Shown here: positions 59,401-64,000 of the stretch, piece by piece
Layout of the letters: every line of letters begins with the position of its first letter
Numbering within the stretch: position 1 is the first letter of the stretch
DNA from: an uncultured Acidobacteriota bacterium
GTDB lineage: Bacteria > Acidobacteriota > Polarisedimenticolia > J045
Length of the DNA: 64,000 nt
NCBI GenBank assembly: GCA_963702425.1
Contig: CAVPCQ010000040.1
Coordinates: 64,001-128,000, forward strand
Direction: 5' to 3'
The notes under the pieces: generated by a model
Seen by the model: the letters and a program-made list of their open reading frames with translations, nothing else
The model's database searches: none
What the model was told of the DNA's origin: nothing
Position numbers and translations under genes: made by a program

Positions 59401-62400
59401 CGAGCCGATCGGTGGTGTAGCTCCACGGACCCGGCGCGACGACGTCCGGGCCGGCACCGATGTAGCTCGAGCCCCAGGTCGTCAGCCCATCGGACGACGA
59501 GGCGCTCTTGTGCTCGTCGGTCGGGCTCGAGGCGCCGACGCAGATGACCGCCATCTGCGCGGTCAGGTTGCAGGGGAATGCGGTCTCGTAGGACCACGGC
59601 GGCCGGTCCGGTCCGTTGCCGGCGGCGATGACGACCGAGCGGCCGGCGGCGAGCGCGTTCTGAAAGGCGGTCGTGATCGCGTTGCTCGGCGCATCGACCC
59701 AGCCCCAGGAGTTCGAAAGCACTGAGGCCCCGTGGGAGACCGCGATGCTGATCCCGTTGGCCATGCCGGCCTCGCTGCCCGCATGGTTGACCGGCATGAT
59801 CTTCACGCCCGGCGCGGTCCCCGCGACGCCGATCCCGTTGTCGCGGATCGCACCGACGTTGCCCGCACACGCGGTGCCGTGGTTGGAGTTCGCGTCGCGT
59901 GGCGCACCTCCGACCGCCCCGGTATCGCCGTCGTAGCCGGTGACCAGGTTCAGGTCGGGATGCCCCGGCTCCACGCCGTCGTCGATCACCGCGACGACGA
60001 CGCCCGGCGAGACGGTGACCTCGTTCCAGGCTTCGACGACGTTGAGATCGTTGTCGTCGTTCCCGAGCCCGGCGATCTGCCCGACGTTCTTCAGCTCGTA
60101 CTGCCGGCCGCCGTAGGGATCGTTCCCGATCGACTCGGTGTCGACGTTGGGGGTGCCGACGATCCGAAGCTCATCGATGTAGAGCCCTTCGTCGCTGACG
60201 CCGGCGTCGCTGATGAACTCGAACACGATCCGGAAGGCCGTCGTGTGGAACGCGGGCGGCACGCGCAGCAGCATCCGCCGCCAGCCATTGATCGCCGTGC
60301 GATCATCCGCAAGCTTGCCGGTGAACGGCACCGCGAGGAGTTGGGCGACCTGGGAAGCCTGGGTATTGGCGTCGAAGAACCAGACCTTGCCGTAGTCGTA
60401 GAGCGTGACCTGCCCGCTGCCCGGGTCGAGGTATGGGTTCTCGAACCTCGCCCAGAACCAGAACTCGACGTAGGCCTCCTCGAACGCGGCGAGATTGACG
60501 ATCGGCGAGTAGGCAAAGACGTCCACGTTGCCCGGGTAGGGTCCGGGCGGCGGGATGCCCTGCGCTCCGTTGCCGGTCATGTAGATCGACTGCGCGCTGG
60601 TGCGCACCCGCGCGTTCGTGTACACCGGTCCGGCTTCGGTCGTCATGTCGGCGTTGTAGACCTCCCACCCGGTGACCGCGGTGTCGAAGTTGTCGAAGAG
60701 CACGGTCGACCAGGTCGGGGCTGTCATCGGGTGGGCCGGCGGGACCCGCGGCGACGGGTCGGCGGCAGCCTCCGGCACGAGCGGCCGGAGCGGCGCAGTG
60801 AGCACCGGGAGCCGTCCCTCGGCGGGGCGTAGGGACTGCGGACCGTCGGGCTCGAAGACCAGCACGTGATTCGGCTCGGCGAACAGGACCTCCGGCAGGC
60901 GCGCCAGGGCGCGCGACACGGCGTAGGCCCGACCGCCCGCCGCGGAAGCAATCCGCACCATGAAGAGATCGCCGAAGAGCGCCCGCGTGTCGACCAGGCC
61001 CAGGCTCGCCGCATGCCGCTCGACGAAGCGCTGCGCGGCGTCGGGCGGCGTCGGGGAGCGGAAGCCGACGATCACCTCGTCGGAGGCGATCTTCGTCGCC
61101 CCGCCGAGCTCGAAGACCGGCTGCGCCGGCAAACCGTCGGCCAAGGCCCGCTCGAGCGCCGTCGGGCCGGCGGCCTGCGGCGCAGCGGCCCCCTTGCCCG
61201 CGCCCATCGACGGCGCGCGGAACAGGGCCAGGCCGCGGCTGGCAAGCGCGTCGCGCTCGCTGCGCGGATCGTGCGACCAGGACTCCCGCTCCACGACCGT
61301 GCCGCGCAGCGCAGCGGCTGCACCCGGACCCTCGTCGACGGCGACGAGGTACGGGCTGGGCTCCAGCACGACGAGCCGCCCCTGGTAATAGTAAGAGAAC
61401 GGCGGCTCGCTCCCGACCGTCACCGACTCGATCGGCGCGCCGCTCGTCGGCGAGACCGGACCGGCCCCTTCGAGCCCTGTCGCACCGGCTGCAGACGACG
61501 CCCCGGAAAGAGCGCCTGCTGCGACCGCGGCCCCCTCGTCCGGCCCGCCGGGCGCAAGCGTCGGCGTCAACCAGCCCGAGGTCGTCCCGTCACCCCAGTC
61601 GAACTGGTACTCGACCCCGCCCCCGCTGGCGCAGATCGATCCGCCCGTCGTGTAGTTGTAGCTCGTGCCGACGGTCCCCGCCGCCTGTCCCGTGGGCGTC
61701 GTCGGCGCGGTCACGTCGTCAGTCCCGCCGCCGTCGCCGAGGACGATGCGGTAGATGCTGCGACCGTGTGTCGCCGCCGCGAGCCGGCGCGTTCCATCCG
61801 GGTGGCGCGTCAGGTCGAGGTCGTAGATCGCGAGCAGCGGCATCCCCTCGTTGAACGGCTCCCAGCTCGCGCCGTCGTTCAGCGTCCGGTAGACGCCCAG
61901 GTCGGTCCCGACGTAGAGCACGCCCGTCTCGTCGCGATCGACCGCCAGCGCGGTCACCGGCAGGTCGGGTAGGCCGCCCGCCAGGCCGGTGCGGGAGATG
62001 TCGGTCCAGTTCGTCCCACCGTTGGTCGTCCTGAAGACGTGGCCGGTCGCTCCCGGGGTATTGGCCCCGAATCCGGAGAAGGCGGCGTAGTAGATCGACG
62101 AGTCGTAGGCGAAGACGTCGGAGACGAAGCGGTTCGGCAGCGTCGCCCCGGTCAGGTCGGTCCAGCTTCCGCCGCCGTTCCGCGTGACCTGGACCTTCCC
62201 GTCCCCCGTTCCGACCACGATCGTGTTCGAGTCGCCGCGCCGCACCGAGACCGCGGAAATCGCGGAGAAGCGCGATGAGGCCCGCGTCAGGTCGGTCGAG
62301 ATGGCGGTGAAGGAGTCGCCCCGGTTGTCGCTGCGATAGAGCCGCGAGGTCGCCCAGTAGACCCGTCCGACGACGTTCGGGTCGACGACCAGCGGCGCGT

Positions 62401-64000
62401 AGAAGAGAACGTTGTCGTTGAGGTCGACACCCGAGCTGTCGCCGATCTTGCCCGGCCACTCGGCGACCGCGGCGGAGCCGTTGTTGTCGTTGCGCTGGAA
62501 CTGCATCGGCCCGCCTTTGAGCGAGTAGCGCGTGCCGTACCAGGTGCGCGTGTCGAACGGGTCGATCGCCGAAAAGCCGCCGTCGCCGGCGTCGAGCCCG
62601 ACCCAGGTCGCCCCGCCGTCGGTGGTCTTGGCCTTCGCGTTGTCCTGCATCCCCCCGAACAGGACGTTCGGGTCGGTCGGGTGCTGGGTGATCGACTGGA
62701 ACTGCAGCGTGGAGAGGTTGCCGTTCCGGTCGGCCCAGCTCGCGCCGCCGTCGGTCGAGCGGTAGATCCCGCCGTCGTTGGCGATCCAGATCGTGGTCGG
62801 GTTCTGCGGGTCGAAGGCGATGCTGTGCAGATCAGGGTGCGAGGTCCTGTCGAGCGCGAGGCCGTCGTGCGTCGTGAAGGTCGTTCCGGCGTCGCGGGTG
62901 ATGAAGATCGTCCCGTCCCAGCCGTTGCTGTACATCGCGGCGCCGCCCGCCGCGAGGACGTTGGCGTCGGTCGGGTGCACGGCGAGCACGTTGTCGTAGC
63001 TGCACTGCTGGCCGCAGTAGCTGACCTCCTGGAAGTATCCCTGCGGGATCAGGGTCAGCGGGTCCCAGAACTGTCCGCCGGTACTGCTGCGGAACAGTAC
63101 CCCCGAGACCCCCTGCACGCCCTCCGGGCGGATCGTCTGGATGCCCGCCCAGACCCGCTGCGGGTCGCTCGGGCTGACGAGCACCTCAACCCGGCCCGCG
63201 TCGCCGAGCCACGGGAACCACTTCCCCTGCGCCGCCGCTGCCGGCCCGAGGATGGCGTCCCACGTGCTTCCACCGTTGGTCGTCTTGAAGACCCCGAGGC
63301 CGTCGAACCCGGCGTAGATCACGCTCGGATTGTTCTTCTCCATCGAGATCGCGGAGACGTTGGCGCAGACGCGCGGGTTGGCGCCGTCGCAGATCTTGAC
63401 CGCCTGCGGCCAGGTCGCGCCGCCGTCGGTCGAGCGGTAGATTCCCGGCTCCGCCAGCCCCGGCTTGACGTCGACCAGTCCGCCCACGCGCGTCGAGACG
63501 CCGACCCAGAGCTGCTGCGGGTTCTGCGGGTCGACGACGACCGCGGAGATCGCCCGCCCCGAGAAGACGTCGGCCCCCAGGACGGTCCAGCTCCCGCCGC
63601 CGTTCGTGGTCTTCAGGAGGCCGGCGCCGTAGTGGCTGTCGCTGCCGTGCGGCTCGCCGGTCCCGACGTAGAGGATGTCCGGGTCCGTGGGATCGAATGC
63701 CATGAACCCGGTCGCCTGCGACGGCGCAGTCGCGGTCAGCGGCGTCCAGCTCGTGCCGCCGTCGGTCGTCTTCCAGACCCCGCCCTGCGCGGCCCCGGCA
63801 TAGACGACGTTCGAGTTCCGCGGGTCGACCAGCACGGCCGTGGCCCGCCCGCTGCAGTTCCTACGCATCCACTCCTGGCCATGGTTCTCGCCGATGATCG
63901 GCGACGGCCCGACGGGCGACCAGGTCGGGAGCGCGGCGACCGCGCTGGGTGCCATCAGCGCGCGCTGCGCGGCGAAGTGGGCTCTCGCCGTCTCGACTGC
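56426..64000 (-). CDS. Giant secreted protein (over 2500 aa, 5' end outside the window): BNR/Vps10 beta-propeller, two S8 subtilase modules, jelly-roll, IPT/TIG, 3 PKD-like domains, CARDB
   Basis: Many (S/T)xDGGxTW BNR repeats. Triad 1: [20 protein letters not shown]. Triad 2: [22 protein letters not shown](G/I)DG PKD motifs; C-terminal [15 protein letters not shown]. The frame stays open to 64000. Confidence 0.93.
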   Translation of the reverse strand, partial: AVETARAHFAAQRALMAPSAVAALPTWSPVGPSPIIGENHGQEWMRRNCSGRATAVLVDPRNSNVVYAGAAQGGVWKTTDGGTSWTPLTATAPSQATGFMAFDPTDPDILYVGTGEPHGSDSHYGAGLLKTTNGGGSWTVLGADVFSGRAISAVVVDPQNPQQLWVGVSTRVGGLVDVKPGLAEPGIYRSTDGGATWPQAVKICDGANPRVCANVSAISMEKNNPSVIYAGFDGLGVFKTTNGGSTWDAILGPAAAAQGKWFPWLGDAGRVEVLVSPSDPQRVWAGIQTIRPEGVQGVSGVLFRSSTGGQFWDPLTLIPQGYFQEVSYCGQQCSYDNVLAVHPTDANVLAAGGAAMYSNGWDGTIFITRDAGTTFTTHDGLALDRTSHPDLHSIAFDPQNPTTIWIANDGGIYRSTDGGASWADRNGNLSTLQFQSITQHPTDPNVLFGGMQDNAKAKTTDGGATWVGLDAGDGGFSAIDPFDTRTWYGTRYSLKGGPMQFQRNDNNGSAAVAEWPGKIGDSSGVDLNDNVLFYAPLVVDPNVVGRVYWATSRLYRSDNRGDSFTAISTDLTRASSRFSAISAVSVRRGDSNTIVVGTGDGKVQVTRNGGGSWTDLTGATLPNRFVSDVFAYDSSIYYAAFSGFGANTPGATGHVFRTTNGGTNWTDISRTGLAGGLPDLPVTALAVDRDETGVLYVGTDLGVYRTLNDGASWEPFNEGMPLLAIYDLDLTRHPDGTRRLAAATHGRSIYRIVLGDGGGTDDVTAPTTPTGQAAGTVGTSYNYTTGGSICASGGGVEYQFDWGDGTTSGWLTPTLAPGGPDEGAAVAAGALSGASSAAGATGLEGAGPVSPTSGAPIESVTVGSEPPFSYYYQGRLVVLEPSPYLVAVDEGPGAAAALRGTVVERESWSHDPRSERDALASRGLALFRAPSMGAGKGAAAPQAAGPTALERALADGLPAQPVFELGGATKIASDEVIVGFRSPTPPDAAQRFVERHAASLGLVDTRALFGDLFMVRIASAAGGRAYAVSRALARLPEVLFAEPNHVLVFEPDGPQSLRPAEGRLPVLTAPLRPLVPEAAADPSPRVPPAHPMTAPTWSTVLFDNFDTAVTGWEVYNADMTTEAGPVYTNARVRTSAQSIYMTGNGAQGIPPPGPYPGNVDVFAYSPIVNLAAFEEAYVEFWFWARFENPYLDPGSGQVTLYDYGKVWFFDANTQASQVAQLLAVPFTGKLADDRTAINGWRRMLLRVPPAFHTTAFRIVFEFISDAGVSDEGLYIDELRIVGTPNVDTESIGNDPYGGRQYELKNVGQIAGLGNDDNDLNVVEAWNEVTVSPGVVVAVIDDGVEPGHPDLNLVTGYDGDTGAVGGAPRDANSNHGTACAGNVGAIRDNGIGVAGTAPGVKIMPVNHAGSEAGMANGISIAVSHGASVLSNSWGWVDAPSNAITTAFQNALAAGRSVVIAAGNGPDRPPWSYETAFPCNLTAQMAVICVGASSPTDEHKSASSSDGLTTWGSSYIGAGPDVVAPGPWSYTTDRLGSAGYNQDQAATGVDPNYEYQFGGTSSSTPKAAGIVALMLSKNPSLTPAEVKSILRQTADDIGAPGEDDKTGTGRIDARAAVLASGGGGGNPVPVLTGIAPSSAPAGSLGFTLTANGSGFINGSVVRWNGADQPTSFVSAVQLTAIIAAADVATAGTAQVTVFTPAPGGGTSAAQTFTITGGGGGNTVTASHAWTNNGSYPVKARARCASDTAKVSGDSGSLTVTITGGGGGTITTPRAPAGPAAGVPATAYEYRSGGATCSLGEASQYQFDWGDGTMSTWITPAGLAGADGLLASAAAPGSAMPVETAGNPRADLERLVPIVRQKGRVRVIVTLREPFAPEGLMAPASALAQQDRIAQAQEALLARLAGETFAVHRRYRFVAALALEADARALERLAGSPEVARIEEDRLHEMTLEQSVPLIGAPAAWAAGATGAGQAVAILDTGVERNHPFLAGKVVAEACFSTTAQGTTSACPNGQATQIGVGAATPCSDPTCDHGTHCAGIAAGKGTTFSGVAREASIIAVQVFSLLNGGGTGSYPSDDIAGLEWVYGQRNAFAIASVNLSLGSERFYTYCDGESPAMKQAIDNLRAAGIATAIATGNNYYTDSISHPACISSAVAVGSTTKFDGVSSFSNSASMLELLAPGSDINSSVTGGGFGVKDGTSMATPHVAGAWAVLKSKKPTATVDEVLAAFTSTGVSITDGRNGLTRPRIRVDQAAAALSGGGAGDVVTQHAWAAAGGYPVRVRARCAVTQTVVSDWSGTLNVTISAAVETVSAPTSLAGPLTGAPGQSLAYTTGGAASSQGNPVQYFFDWIDGTNSGWLPVGTTGASHAWGARGSYGVRTKARSATNTAVESGWSATLPVEIRLTSGPDLVGSWRGARQVCKTKKGVTRCTITGKFTVVNNGTVNSSSTQAWALVSVDSAPSGDDIRISSFSVSALKPRAKKAFKLNFKVPTGYTAAGLYLLGVVDPADSVAETNESNNVANGGILR

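Noticed and set aside
23083-59725. Very long ORFs such as 23083..27822(-), 31380..37340(-), 49409..52459(+) and 56174..59725(+)
   Set aside because: Arg/Ala/Gly-rich shadow frames opposite well-supported genes, expected at this GC content.
1-64000. tRNA, rRNA, integrase, transposase or reverse transcriptase genes
   Set aside because: No cloverleaf/T-loop context or catalytic motifs were recognised on either strand.

Overview
High-GC (about 70% by eye) bacterial chromosomal window. The gene content suggests an anaerobic or facultative diderm such as an Acidobacteriota-like lineage (inference only). Many isolated single-base frameshifts in conserved genes point to a long-read assembly with indel errors. 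Left to right: a Sec-signal RHS/YD protein running off the left edge; a polyphosphate cluster (CHAD, histone-like basic protein, ppx, sixA) interrupted by an opposite-strand HNH gene; a GT9/methyltransferase/TMTC-like glycosylation operon; several secreted or membrane proteins; an orphan motAB pair; a 12.6-kb redox operon (StnABC-like bifurcating transhydrogenase, fused NfnAB, ferritin-like protein, and a DRTGG/kinase/degenerate [FeFe]-hydrogenase-like sensor module, but no catalytic hydrogenase); a 3-kb dcm-vsr-restriction endonuclease island bracketed by a 106-bp target duplication; DUF4139, glnA, an M1 peptidase, a cold-shock protein, a desaturase and an RCK channel with a non-canonical filter; an unannotated UGA-interrupted thioredoxin-like lipoprotein with a SECIS-like hairpin (likely selenoprotein); rubrerythrin; and a protein of over 2500 aa in which two complete subtilase modules are each nested inside a split, probably disulfide-clamped PKD domain. 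No rRNA, tRNA or CRISPR array was found. All family calls are from motif recognition, with no database searches run.
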